Shown here piece by piece: positions 48,006-58,427 of a stretch of 64,000 nucleotides of DNA. The stretch's first letter is position 1. The number at the start of each line of letters is the position of its first letter. The DNA lies in NCBI GenBank assembly GCA_938030705.1, contig CALHIR010000002.1, positions 2,515-66,514 on the forward strand, in the 5' to 3' direction. The stretch is from Candidatus Poseidoniaceae archaeon. GTDB taxonomy: Archaea > Thermoplasmatota > Poseidoniia > Poseidoniales > Poseidoniaceae. A model generated the notes under the pieces. It was not told the origin of the DNA, ran no database searches, and saw only the letters and a list, made by a program, of their open reading frames with translations. The translations under genes were made by a program, and so were the position numbers.

Positions 48006-51000
48006 ATGGTTTCATCAATCGCAATAACCTCGGAATATGTTCCTGCGGGGGAAGGCCTTCCTCCGTGGCTGTTCCAGGCGTTGTGTGAACCGTCCCACCA
48101 GGCACCGATGATGGTGCTTCATCCGACCGAGTTGCACCGTCAGCGCACCCTTGAACGCCTTCACCTCCAGGGTGTATCGGTTTCGCCCCAGTACCACCTG
48201 ACGCTCAACAGTCTCATTCGCCTCCTTCACGTCGATCTTCGCTTGCCCGTTCTCCTCGACGAGGAGGCCAGCACCTTCATGGCACTACACGGGAAGTGCG
48301 TGGAAGCAGCTGAAGCAACGGCCCTGCCCTTCCTTTACACGCCGGGCGTGGGGGCGTGGACCTTGAACAAAACTCGCCGCCTTCAGCGGCTCCACGGTGA
48401 ACTCATGCAGTTGCGGCACCCGTTCAAATGGGAAGGAGATCCCGGGGCGGCGGTGTTCCATGAACTGTGTTTGGAGGTTGAGGCTGCGGCCGGTGGCACC
48501 CTTCCAGCCCTCATCGCCGTCCATGTCCTCGAAGCCTTGAATGAAGCGAGTGAACCTCCGTTCCACCTTCGTGATATCGCCGGTATGGTGGTCCTGGACA
48601 CAGCGCCTGACTTCACCGAGGTCGAACAGGATTTGCTGCTCTCTATCGCCTCGTTTTGTCCCGTCCACCAATTGTTGAACCCCGGCTCGTTCCGACTGGG
48701 GTTTCACGGTGCTTACCTCGTGGATGAACCTCCGTGCACGTCCGAAACATTGCCCACCTGGCTCCCTTCCCATGAACCATGGGCGCCTGACGGAGAGGCT
48801 TGGCGAACGGAGGTAGGCCTGCGAAACCAGACTGAAATCACCCGTTTAACACTCGATGAGCGTTCTCAGGCCATGGACGCTGCCTTGGCGTTGATTCAAG
48901 CCTACAAAGCAGAACACGACGGCGAAGTCTTGGTGGTTGATGCTGCAGCCAGTGACCGGGCACTCGAATGGTCGGCGGCACTTTCCACCATCGGCCTTAC
49001 TTGGCATTCAGGTTCTTCAGCCATGAATCAACAACCCCTCCATCACGCCGTCGTGCGTGCTGCATCGCTGGCCCAGGGCATGAGTTCTTGGGCACTTGCT
49101 TCGCTACGCAGCGTCTTCTTCTCTGCGACGATACCGCTGCTCGAAGACGCGTTTCCCCATCTCAACCATCCGACAGAGGGTACATGGCGTCCTCGCCCTG
49201 ATGCTCTTGTTCTTGAGGAGATTGCAAGGAACTTCCACGTTCTCGGGGGCCCGGGGGCCATCGCACGCTGGCTTGGGGTGCTTTCATCGGCAGCCCCGTC
49301 CTTCGCTGAACGAAAGCCCGAAGAGAAAGCTCGTGCGCTTGAGGAAACGCAGTGGTGGCTTGGGTGCTTATTGCATACGTGGGCCCCGCTGCTCTCCCCC
49401 GAAGACCGCCACCTGCTCAAGCACGCCGTCGTGGGTTGCACTTCGGGTGTGGCGCTCCCGCTCCCTCAATCCCTTTCTTCGGGCATGGGGTGGCTTTCGT
49501 GGTTTGTCTCGGTCGTCGACGTCCATGCTCTGGCCAACCGGCGTGCACCGTTTGATGTCGGCGTTGGCGCGCTTCAAGGTTTAATCGAGGCCATGAACGG
49601 CATCAAACATCAACTTCAATCCATGGACTTACCTTTTGATGACGGAGGCTCAGTTTTCGTTGACCTTCTCGAACACGTTGGAGCTACGGCCAAGATCACC
49701 CATCAATCCTCTCGCACCAATCGTCTTCACGTCGTTTCGCCGGAGGATGCTCTCGGGTGCAATGCGGACTTGATTTTGCTGGTGGGCATGGACGTTGATG
49801 CTTGGTCAATGAAATCTCCCACCGTTCCGTGGCTGGATGCGCCTTCCAGGCTGGAACTCGGTTTGTTTCAAAACGACCGTTCCGTACGGAGGGGCCGACA
49901 TCATCTTCGTCATTTGCTGAACGCCGGTCGTCACCTTGTCGTGTTCGATTCTTCGCCAGAAGAAGGCGGTGGTCCCAGCGCGCCGCTTGCTGAATGGTTG
50001 AATGACCAGCAACGAAGCAAGGCTTGGGACGCCATGCGAGCACCTCCGAGTTTCCTTCCCCCGTCCATGTACGAGGGAGACGAAGGCCCGAGGGCCTTCT
50101 CTTGGGTGCCGAGGGAAGAAGGTCATGGAAGTTGGCTCACCCCCGTTGTTTATGCGTCCGTTCAAACGGAGCACGGCCTCCATGAGGTACGTCAAGGCTT
50201 CAGCGGACGCAATCGCCGCCAACAACTCGGTTTGGACCTTCAGGCAGGGCTTCAGGGCCTTGAACAACTCAACCATCCAACGGCCGTGCTCGATGCCTAC
50301 GAGGGTGCAGTTCAGGCTGACCGGCGCCGACGGCAACCGTTGGCTAAACGCATTGAACCCGGTGAGACGTTCGCTTGGGAAAGGCGAGAGGATTTGCTCA
50401 GTGTGGATGCCGTCACCCTCCGACCAACGTCAGCCTCCCTCAAGGTAGAAAGTGTGGCGGCGGGTGTTTTCCCCCATCTTGGGTACCGTGGCGAGAAATC
50501 CGTTTCTTTGAGTGTAGATCCTCGCCCTCTTCCCGTCTATTCAGCCACCAACACCGGCTTAGACCACCGTTTTGGTCAACTTGAATCAGCCGTGGAACGG
50601 GAAGTTTGGTCGCCCAGTCGTCTTGAAGGATGGCTCAAATGCCCTCGTCAAGCGTGGTTGAAGCAAGCCCTCGGGGCGGACGACGATGAAGGCGGCGTGG
50701 CCGAGGACATTGACGTGAGGGTGCGGGGACAAATCGTCCACGAAACCGAAGCTGCGCTCTTGCAAGGCCACGGTGTACCGCTTGGTGCAGAAGTATCGAA
50801 CGAACCGGTGCCGTTGCACGCCGGCCCTATGGGCACGGGCAGGGCGGGATGGGACACCATCCTCGCTTTCCTTGAAGAGAAGGTGCACTGGCTTGGACGG
50901 CAGAACGCCGTCTCCGTTCATCGAACCAAGGACCTCATCGACGCAACAGCAGAGGAGTGGCAGGCCCACAAAGAAGGCGAGTTTGAACTGCCTCAAGAAG

Positions 51001-51743
51001 GGCGACTTGCTCGACTTTTAGAGGCTGACCTTTCCCTTAGACACGCTGCACCGGTGGCGGTGGAATGGTCGCCCACAACCGAAACGGAACGGTCGGTCTT
51101 GCTCGACCAAGACCCCGTTGACGCAACATCGGGTTTCCGTCTCTTCGGTTATGCAGACCGAGTTGATGTGTTGGTTTTGCCGAAGGCCATTCACGAGGCC
51201 TTGGTTGACGACGGTGTCCTTTCGGAAGCGGCTCATGAAACGCCGTTCCCCCTCCATTCCCAACCGCGTTCTGCTCAACGCTTGGTCGTCATCCGCGACC
51301 TCAAAACAGTCTCAGGCCCGAAGCCGGAAAACGTTGGAATGCGCCACACACGATGCTTGTTTGAAGACCTTCAACTTGCGTTGTATGCTCGGGCTTGGGA
51401 ATTGCTCCACCCCAACGACCGTGTCGTCGGTGTAGGTGCCAGCGAAGTGGGTGAATTTACCAAGCATCACGTGGAACTTGATGCCGACCTGCTCCCGTAC
51501 GCTGAGCATTTGGAACTTGGCGACATTACCGGGGTGTTCGCCAATCACTTCCCTCCCGAAACCCGCACCGGTGAACCAACCACGCCTTTCCGACGATGGC
51601 TGGCCGAGCGTTTGGCCGTTGCACAGCGTGCTGTTGACACCGCCGCACAAGGCCGAGTGAACCCGACACCGGGCGGTCACTGCCGGTACTGTTCCATCGC
51701 CCACTCCTGTGCGGTATCCGATTATTCAGGAGGTGATTTTTGA
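48006..51743 (+). CDS. AddB-like subunit: inactivated SF1 helicase domain plus PD-(D/E)XK nuclease with Fe-S staple
   Basis: No Walker A; degenerate helicase motifs (VVLDTAPDFTEVE, ADLILLVGMD); WSPSRLEGWLKCPRQAW, GYADRVD, RDLKT, LQLALYA, CRYCSIAHSC. Confidence 0.85.
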   Translation: MVSSIAITSEYVPAGEGLPPWLFQALCEPSHQAPMMVLHPTELHRQRTLERLHLQGVSVSPQYHLTLNSLIRLLHVDLRLPVLLDEEASTFMALHGKCVEAAEATALPFLYTPGVGAWTLNKTRRLQRLHGELMQLRHPFKWEGDPGAAVFHELCLEVEAAAGGTLPALIAVHVLEALNEASEPPFHLRDIAGMVVLDTAPDFTEVEQDLLLSIASFCPVHQLLNPGSFRLGFHGAYLVDEPPCTSETLPTWLPSHEPWAPDGEAWRTEVGLRNQTEITRLTLDERSQAMDAALALIQAYKAEHDGEVLVVDAAASDRALEWSAALSTIGLTWHSGSSAMNQQPLHHAVVRAASLAQGMSSWALASLRSVFFSATIPLLEDAFPHLNHPTEGTWRPRPDALVLEEIARNFHVLGGPGAIARWLGVLSSAAPSFAERKPEEKARALEETQWWLGCLLHTWAPLLSPEDRHLLKHAVVGCTSGVALPLPQSLSSGMGWLSWFVSVVDVHALANRRAPFDVGVGALQGLIEAMNGIKHQLQSMDLPFDDGGSVFVDLLEHVGATAKITHQSSRTNRLHVVSPEDALGCNADLILLVGMDVDAWSMKSPTVPWLDAPSRLELGLFQNDRSVRRGRHHLRHLLNAGRHLVVFDSSPEEGGGPSAPLAEWLNDQQRSKAWDAMRAPPSFLPPSMYEGDEGPRAFSWVPREEGHGSWLTPVVYASVQTEHGLHEVRQGFSGRNRRQQLGLDLQAGLQGLEQLNHPTAVLDAYEGAVQADRRRRQPLAKRIEPGETFAWERREDLLSVDAVTLRPTSASLKVESVAAGVFPHLGYRGEKSVSLSVDPRPLPVYSATNTGLDHRFGQLESAVEREVWSPSRLEGWLKCPRQAWLKQALGADDDEGGVAEDIDVRVRGQIVHETEAALLQGHGVPLGAEVSNEPVPLHAGPMGTGRAGWDTILAFLEEKVHWLGRQNAVSVHRTKDLIDATAEEWQAHKEGEFELPQEGRLARLLEADLSLRHAAPVAVEWSPTTETERSVLLDQDPVDATSGFRLFGYADRVDVLVLPKAIHEALVDDGVLSEAAHETPFPLHSQPRSAQRLVVIRDLKTVSGPKPENVGMRHTRCLFEDLQLALYARAWELLHPNDRVVGVGASEVGEFTKHHVELDADLLPYAEHLELGDITGVFANHFPPETRTGEPTTPFRRWLAERLAVAQRAVDTAAQGRVNPTPGGHCRYCSIAHSCAVSDYSGGDF

Positions 51744-54700
51744 TGATTGAATTCAACAACAGTCAACGATTGGGCTTGGACCTCGATCGTCACATTGCGT
51801 TGGATGCCGGAGCAGGTACGGGGAAAACCACGGTGATGGCGGAACGCTACGTTCAGCACCTCATCGCTTCCGAACAACGCGCCACCCACGTGACCCCTTG
51901 TGGCCCACGCACCCCGCTTACCGGCCACGGTTCACTTCGCGCACCAAAACGAGAGCGAACCTCGGTGGAGGCCTGGCCGGGGCTGCTTCCTTCAGAAACC
52001 GTCGCCATTACCTTCACGAGAAAATCGGCGGCTGAACTCAAAGCTCGCATTCGCCACCGCCTCGCCTTGACCCGGGCCCTTCCACCCGACGAAGACGATG
52101 TGGACGGGGTGTTCGACCCTCGGCTTCGAAACGAAGGCGATGTTGAGATGTTGCTATCGGGGCTTGACGAGGCGCCCATTTCCACCATCGACGCCTTTCT
52201 TAGTCAACTGGTTCAACCCTACATCGATCTCGTCGCACTCTACCCCTCCAATCAACAAGTTTCCGAAGAACGAAAGCCGCTGATGGTGCAGGATACACTG
52301 CACGCCGTTTGGCGGATTCGCTCGGTAGAAGACGCTCGAGAAGCTGGCGTCCTGAATCACCACCAAGCCTTCCTCGAGGCTCGAAATCGGCTGGTGGGCC
52401 GGCTGGGCGGACAAGACCAAGCCGAGGTCGTGTTGGGCGGTCTTCTTGACCGTTCGTTATTCGTGGAACAGTCGCATCGTTCCATGATTCAACGGGCGGA
52501 GGCCATGGGCTTGGGATGGAACGGCCGAGGCCCGGCACCGGTGGATGTGTTGCTCAACACCATCGCTGAACCGGTTGAGCCCGTGTTGGGCGACTTCCTC
52601 GTTGAGTTCCATCAACATCTGAACGCTTGGGTGCAACATTTCCTGATGTATCGGGCTCAATGTGTTGAGCCTGCGGAGGCGGATACACACCTCACTCGTT
52701 TCAACCACCTTACCCGTCTTGCCACCGGTGCACTCCCCACTCAACCGGGTGAACAACTGGCTTGGTTTTGGAAGGCCTTACTCGGCATCGCTACCGCCAA
52801 AAATTTGCTCAAACCGGGTTGCACGTTCTTTCCAAGAGATCTCCTTCCCAGCGGCGATGGCTGGCCCTCTGGCCTGCTTTCCAAATCAAAGGCCAAGGGC
52901 ATCGGTAAGGACGAGAAAGCCGCCCTTTACGACGGGGCCCTCGTCCACCTCTCCAACTTGAGGCGACAGTTGAATTCGGCCGACGGGACCTTGATTCGTT
53001 TATTGGCGCGTTCAGCCTTCTTGCTCAACCCCGGGGACGGCTTCGATGGGATGCCGCTGGAAAGTGCGCTCCGGTTGGATCCACTGGAAGACCCGTTGCC
53101 CGCGGAGCCGAGCGAACGAGGCATGTACGTCTCCGCCACGCTCCAAAGTCAGGTGTTGAGCGATCTGCTGGTGCTTCACACCGCTTGCAATCAAATCCTC
53201 GCCCGTCGGAAATCGCTTGACAACATGCATGACTTTGACGATATGCAACGCTTTGCAGCCGACCTTTTGCTGGCTCGCTGCCCGGATATCTGCCGTCATC
53301 GGTACCCCCCAGAGGTCATCGATGCACTGGATGGTTTGGGCCATGAGCCATGGAGTGATGCACACATTTCGCGAGCGTTGACCCTGCTGAACGACCGCCC
53401 AACCTTGCAAGAAGACCTCCACCGACGCTTTTCCATCCTGGGCGAACTTCGACGCCAGTATCGCGCCTTCATCATCGATGAGTATCAAGATACGAACCCT
53501 TCACATTATCGCCTTCTGGCTCGCCTTTGGGGGCGTCGCCGCCACCATCCCGATGACCCATCACGGCCCCTTGGTGCGTGGGACCCAACGGTATGCATTG
53601 TGGGCGACATGAAACAGAGCATCTACCGATTCCGTCAGGCGGAAGTCTCCGTCATGCGCCGGGCGGTTGAGGCCATCCGCCAATTCAACATCGATGAAGA
53701 CGCTGAACCCCGACTCCAACATCTTCGGGAGCATGGATGCGGACGCGACCCACGCCCGGTCGGCGGAGGTGGTGAAACGGGTTCGTTTTCCAACGAGCAC
53801 ACGGGCGAGGTTTCAGCGCCCCACACCTTTGTTCGTTTTGCAGATGAAGACCGAGACGGGCAGCCTGATATCACCGGCCAGCGTTTACTCCGGCGTAGCG
53901 AAGGGCACGTTGACCTGACCTCAAATCACCGAACTCGACACGATTTGATGGAGACCATGAACGATGTATTCGATGAGGTGTTTGACCCGAGGTACCACGA
54001 CCTGCCGGGCGACTGGCACGCTGAGGCTCAGCGTCTTCTCCCCGCAAGGAACACCAGCGCCAGCGGAGGGTTGGAGTGGTTGCTTCCTATTCCGGGGTCC
54101 ATCGGCGAGGTACCACGAGACCTCGACGTGGCGGTGAACACGTTTGAGGACCCGTCGGCTTCCGTTGTTCATTTGGAACACGAACTCCTCGCCGACCGCC
54201 TCCATGCCCTTTTGCATCAAACGCCAACGAGGGTGTGGAACAGCCAAACTTCCCAGTGGGTTGAGGTAGTGGAAGCCGAAGAACCCCCGGTCCGCCCTCA
54301 AGACATCATGATCCTCATCAACTCACGAAAGCACCTCCCCGACCTCGTTGAGCGTTTGCGTGCCCGAAACATTCCGGTCATGGCCGACCGCCAAGGGCTT
54401 CTCTTGATGCAGCCCGTTGTACAACCCCTCATGGCGGTCCTGGCGCTCATGGCGCAGCCTGCCTTGCGGAGGGCGGCTGTTGAACTTGCTCGCTCTCCCG
54501 TTGTCGGCATGTCGGAACAGCAGGTGCACGAGGTGCTGATGTCCTTGGAGGTGGGCGGCGATGTGTTGACGCATTTGGTTGAACACGCGCCCACCGAACG
54601 CGTCGGGGCCCTCTTGTTCCGCCTTCGCCAACTCATTCGGTGGGGGGCCGTGTACGATGCCTTCGATCTGATCCTCGACGAATCGGACCTTCTCGTCGCT

Positions 54701-56683
54701 TACCCCGACGATGCTCAACGGCAATTTGCTGAGGCATGGTTGACCATCGTGCACTCGATTGGGAAGGATTCCGGCCACGACGTAGCGGCCATGTACCGAC
54801 GCCTGATGGCGGTTCGGGATTTGGGGAGTCAAGGGCCACAGGCGATCACGCACCCAACCGCTTCCGCCGTGCAAATCATGACCATCCACGGATCAAAAGG
54901 TCTCCAAGCTCCGGTCGTCGTGGTCACGGGTTTATTCTCCGCTGGCAAAGCCGATGCGAGCATGTCTGTTCAAGACAATATTTTGGTCACTCCTCAAGTC
55001 CTTGCAGGACGGATTCAACCGTGGCGAGCAAAGGACCGGCCTCATGATGGATTGTGGGCCTTCACGGCCGAGATGAACAAGGCACAGGATAAAGCCGAAT
55101 TGCGAAGGAAATTTTACGTCGCGCTGACCCGGGTGAAGGACCGTCTCATCGTAACAGGTTCTCCGGGCAATGCATCGACGTTTGACGAAACTTCAGGTGA
55201 ACTCTCGGTCCGATTTTCTCCCGACCCTCGGACGATGGGACGCATGTTGGTGGAGGGACTTCGGCGGGCGACATGGCGAACGGAAACGGCAGCTCCGTGG
55301 CTTTCTCAAGACGAGGTTGACCAGGCGACATTGCCGCTTTTCACCCCCCTCAAGACCGAGACACCCCTCAACCCAGCCGAGTTGTTAGCGACCATGCCAC
55401 TGGGTGAAAACGGCCTTCAAGGCCTCCGTTTGTACCACCACCCCGATTGTTTTGTGACCACCACGACCCGCTCAGCCCAAACTCGAGCCAAGGACATGGC
55501 GCTCCATTTGGGGAACCTTACGCCACCGGCGACTTCACCCGCCTCTCCCCTGTTGCTTGAAGAGAACATCAAAGGGGCCGCTCACCACCTTGATGCGACC
55601 TTTTCCTGTGCGCGGAAGTACTGGCTTGAGCACGTTAAAGGATGGCCCACTGAACCCTTCCGATTGCCCAACACCGCTACTGAACCCTCCACGCCGAGTG
55701 CATGGCCGGAGCCCACCACCTTCGGTTTGATGATGCACCGCGTGCTCGAAATCGGACTGCGAAACCCCTGTCATTTTGGCGATGCAACCCCTGCGCTTGA
55801 TTCGTCCTGGCAACACAAGAGCGATGCCGACCTTGCTTCCATTGAGACCATCGGGCGCGTGATGAACGAGTTTGGTTTCGGCCTTGAACAAGAATCCGAC
55901 ACGCGAGAGGCTGCGTGGCGCGATCGTTTGCTCTTGTTGGGTTCACTGGTGGATCAGGGATTGCTCGGCCGTTGGGTCCAAGGGGAGGTCTTGAACGGTT
56001 GGAAGGTTGAAGCCGTCCGTACTGAACTGCCTTTTTATCACCGAGAGGTGCTGACCAAGGGCGAAGGTGGCGATGGCGTGGAAGGGCCATATGCACAGTA
56101 CAACGGTGCTTCGGTGCAAAAAGTGAACATGGATTTCAACGGCCGGGCCGACCTGGTTTTGGCGTTGATGGATGAGCAAGGGCAAGGGGCGCTTCAGGTG
56201 GTTGACCTGAAAACTCGGGGCTGTCTGGGCGCCTTCAATCCAGACGAACCGGCCAAAGGCCATCCGCTTCAGGCGGTGCCACCAAGCGAAATCGATCCAG
56301 TTCCTCAGAGCGATGAAGAGGCTCACATCCTTTACGAACATCGCTTGCAATTGGCCTTGTATTCGATGGCGCTTGAATCCATTGAAGCCAAGAAGCCGGC
56401 ATCTGAGCAGCGACGCATTCTGCCGCCAGCGCTTCTGCTTGGGGCAAACGGGCGCATGGTTGAATTGTCTCAAGGGGCGTTTGAGCAGGCGAAAAAAGAC
56501 CTCAGGGCGCACTTGAACTGGCGGGCTTCGGTTCACCTCGATCAAAACATGGAGGAACCGTCTCGCCTTCCAAGCGGTTCAGCGACGTGCCGTCAATGCC
56601 CGTTTTACCGTGGAGATCTGCGCCGTTGTGGCCCGGAGGGTGAACCGTTGGGCTTCATTCATCAGATGGACGTTGAGCCGTGA
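51740..56683 (+). CDS. AddA-like UvrD/SF1A helicase-nuclease
   Basis: AGAGTGKT, AITFTRKSAAELKARI, STIDAF, IDEYQDTN, VGDMKQSIYRFRQA, MTIHGSKGLQ, YVALTR; nuclease GRADLV, VDLKT, QLALY; overlaps the upstream stop codon. Confidence 0.93.
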   Translation: MMIEFNNSQRLGLDLDRHIALDAGAGTGKTTVMAERYVQHLIASEQRATHVTPCGPRTPLTGHGSLRAPKRERTSVEAWPGLLPSETVAITFTRKSAAELKARIRHRLALTRALPPDEDDVDGVFDPRLRNEGDVEMLLSGLDEAPISTIDAFLSQLVQPYIDLVALYPSNQQVSEERKPLMVQDTLHAVWRIRSVEDAREAGVLNHHQAFLEARNRLVGRLGGQDQAEVVLGGLLDRSLFVEQSHRSMIQRAEAMGLGWNGRGPAPVDVLLNTIAEPVEPVLGDFLVEFHQHLNAWVQHFLMYRAQCVEPAEADTHLTRFNHLTRLATGALPTQPGEQLAWFWKALLGIATAKNLLKPGCTFFPRDLLPSGDGWPSGLLSKSKAKGIGKDEKAALYDGALVHLSNLRRQLNSADGTLIRLLARSAFLLNPGDGFDGMPLESALRLDPLEDPLPAEPSERGMYVSATLQSQVLSDLLVLHTACNQILARRKSLDNMHDFDDMQRFAADLLLARCPDICRHRYPPEVIDALDGLGHEPWSDAHISRALTLLNDRPTLQEDLHRRFSILGELRRQYRAFIIDEYQDTNPSHYRLLARLWGRRRHHPDDPSRPLGAWDPTVCIVGDMKQSIYRFRQAEVSVMRRAVEAIRQFNIDEDAEPRLQHLREHGCGRDPRPVGGGGETGSFSNEHTGEVSAPHTFVRFADEDRDGQPDITGQRLLRRSEGHVDLTSNHRTRHDLMETMNDVFDEVFDPRYHDLPGDWHAEAQRLLPARNTSASGGLEWLLPIPGSIGEVPRDLDVAVNTFEDPSASVVHLEHELLADRLHALLHQTPTRVWNSQTSQWVEVVEAEEPPVRPQDIMILINSRKHLPDLVERLRARNIPVMADRQGLLLMQPVVQPLMAVLALMAQPALRRAAVELARSPVVGMSEQQVHEVLMSLEVGGDVLTHLVEHAPTERVGALLFRLRQLIRWGAVYDAFDLILDESDLLVAYPDDAQRQFAEAWLTIVHSIGKDSGHDVAAMYRRLMAVRDLGSQGPQAITHPTASAVQIMTIHGSKGLQAPVVVVTGLFSAGKADASMSVQDNILVTPQVLAGRIQPWRAKDRPHDGLWAFTAEMNKAQDKAELRRKFYVALTRVKDRLIVTGSPGNASTFDETSGELSVRFSPDPRTMGRMLVEGLRRATWRTETAAPWLSQDEVDQATLPLFTPLKTETPLNPAELLATMPLGENGLQGLRLYHHPDCFVTTTTRSAQTRAKDMALHLGNLTPPATSPASPLLLEENIKGAAHHLDATFSCARKYWLEHVKGWPTEPFRLPNTATEPSTPSAWPEPTTFGLMMHRVLEIGLRNPCHFGDATPALDSSWQHKSDADLASIETIGRVMNEFGFGLEQESDTREAAWRDRLLLLGSLVDQGLLGRWVQGEVLNGWKVEAVRTELPFYHREVLTKGEGGDGVEGPYAQYNGASVQKVNMDFNGRADLVLALMDEQGQGALQVVDLKTRGCLGAFNPDEPAKGHPLQAVPPSEIDPVPQSDEEAHILYEHRLQLALYSMALESIEAKKPASEQRRILPPALLLGANGRMVELSQGAFEQAKKDLRAHLNWRASVHLDQNMEEPSRLPSGSATCRQCPFYRGDLRRCGPEGEPLGFIHQMDVEP

Positions 56684-57281
56684 GGATCAGCGTCCCACTC
56701 CAGCCCTCCTTGGCCCCAACTTGTATTGCTTCCACCTCGACGAACCCTGCCTGCTGCAACCCTTCCGTCCATTGTTCGATGGACAGCAGCGCCATGTGGA
56801 CGTTCAACGAAGGGCCCCAGTCGTGGCTTGCGGGGTTTTCCGCGTAGTGGTCAACGCCGATGACGATTTTTCCACCGGGTTTCATCCACGTGTCGTGCAA
56901 GGTTCTCAGGAACACCAGCGGCTCGGCGAGATAGTAGAGGCATTCCATGGTGTGAATCAGGTCCACCGGTTCAGCCGGCGACCAATCCGGGAGCATGGCT
57001 TCGACGTATTCGCCGTGGGGGTCAAGTTCCTTGGCCTTGGCGATCATCGATGGTGCACCGTCAACACCCGCTGCGTGGTCACACAGCGGATGGTCGTTCA
57101 ATCGACGGACAACCCATCCGTTTCCACAGCCGATATCGAGGGCCGTAAACGAAGTCTCTCGGTCTTCAAGAAGCCGATCGAGCATGATGTTCACGCTGGC
57201 AGTGTGGCCTTTTTCCATGCCCTCGTCGCGTCCATTGTCCGCCCATTCGCTGAACAGGTCGGTTGCTTTACGGAGTCCCAT
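56655..57281 (-). CDS. Class I SAM-dependent methyltransferase
   Basis: LDIGCGNGW, GVDGAPSMI, MECLYY, MKPGG; start MGLRKAT with TTCATT 30 nt upstream. Confidence 0.9.
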   Translation of the reverse strand: MGLRKATDLFSEWADNGRDEGMEKGHTASVNIMLDRLLEDRETSFTALDIGCGNGWVVRRLNDHPLCDHAAGVDGAPSMIAKAKELDPHGEYVEAMLPDWSPAEPVDLIHTMECLYYLAEPLVFLRTLHDTWMKPGGKIVIGVDHYAENPASHDWGPSLNVHMALLSIEQWTEGLQQAGFVEVEAIQVGAKEGWSGTLILTAQRPSDE

Positions 57282-57358
57282 GGTCGCTGTGGCCTCACGG
57301 CGTTCAATGAAGATGTTCATGGCGAAAGGAACATGCACACGCTCGCCTTGGAAAGTCC

Positions 57359-58321
57359 ATGCTCGACACCACCACCACCTTGGCCGATGTCCTCTATCCC
57401 CCCATTGAACCTCATGCAGAGGGCATGCTGGAGGTATCCTCCCTCCACACCATCGCTTGGGAACAAAGCGGGAACCCCGACGGCCTTCCCGTGGTGGTGA
57501 TTCACGGCGGACCGGGCGGCGGCGGCCAACCTTCCTATCGGCAATACTTCGACCCGACGGCCTTCAACATCGTGCAGTTTGACCAGCGTGGATGCGGGAA
57601 GTCAACCCCCTATGCGGAATTGGAAGACAACAACACGCACGCTTCGGTTGCGGACATCGAGGCCTTACGTGAGCATCTTGGTATCGAAACTTGGCATGTT
57701 TTTGGTGGTTCGTGGGGCTCAACCCTCGCCTTGATTTATGCTCAACATCACCCCGGGCGGGTGCGAAGTCTCGTGCTTCGCGGCATCTTCATGTGCCGTA
57801 AATCCGAACTTCACTGGTTCTATCAAGACGGCGCAAGTCACATCTTCCCCGACGCCTTTGCCCCCTACCGAGATCACATTCCCGAGGCGGAACGTTCGGA
57901 TTTGATCCGGGCTTACTACGCTCGTCTGACCAGTGAGGATGTCGAGGTTCGGCGGGCTGCTGCAAAAGAATGGACGCGATGGGAGATGGCGACCAGCCGT
58001 TTATTCCCCGACCCTGAATACTTGGACAAGGCCGAAGACCTTGATTTCGCTGTGGCCTTTGCTCGCATTGAATGCCATTACTTCATCAACGCCATCTTTG
58101 TTGAAGAGGCGTATATCCTGAAGCACATCGACCTCATTCAACACCTGCCGACCGTGATTGTTCAAGGCCGATACGACGTGGTGTGTCCCCCTCGCAGCGC
58201 CTGGGAATTGCATCAAGCCATGCCCAGCAGTCGCTTGGTCATGGTGGCCGATGCGGGCCATTCGATGGGCGAGGTCAGCATTGCCCGAGAATTGGTAGCC
58301 GCCACGGACGCGCTTCGCTGA
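57359..58321 (+). CDS. pip: Proline iminopeptidase
   Basis: HGGPGGG, FDQRGCGKSTP, FGGSWGSTLAL, LRGIF, ARIECHYF, QGRYDVVCP, AGHS. TTG 57380 is an alternative start. Confidence 0.96.
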   Translation: MLDTTTTLADVLYPPIEPHAEGMLEVSSLHTIAWEQSGNPDGLPVVVIHGGPGGGGQPSYRQYFDPTAFNIVQFDQRGCGKSTPYAELEDNNTHASVADIEALREHLGIETWHVFGGSWGSTLALIYAQHHPGRVRSLVLRGIFMCRKSELHWFYQDGASHIFPDAFAPYRDHIPEAERSDLIRAYYARLTSEDVEVRRAAAKEWTRWEMATSRLFPDPEYLDKAEDLDFAVAFARIECHYFINAIFVEEAYILKHIDLIQHLPTVIVQGRYDVVCPPRSAWELHQAMPSSRLVMVADAGHSMGEVSIARELVAATDALR

Positions 58322-58427
58322 AGGCAAAACTCGGTCAAGCCAAGCCCTTTGGGTGCGCTTTCAAGCGTCGGCTTGATAGGGAGGAATGGACTCGCCACGA
58401 ATGGAGGCTTGACCTCCGGGTGAAGAC

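Noticed and set aside
19919-57281. Three proteins beginning MGLR (19919, 41677, 57281)
   Set aside because: Unrelated families and only four residues; not distinguishable from chance without a proteome-wide count.
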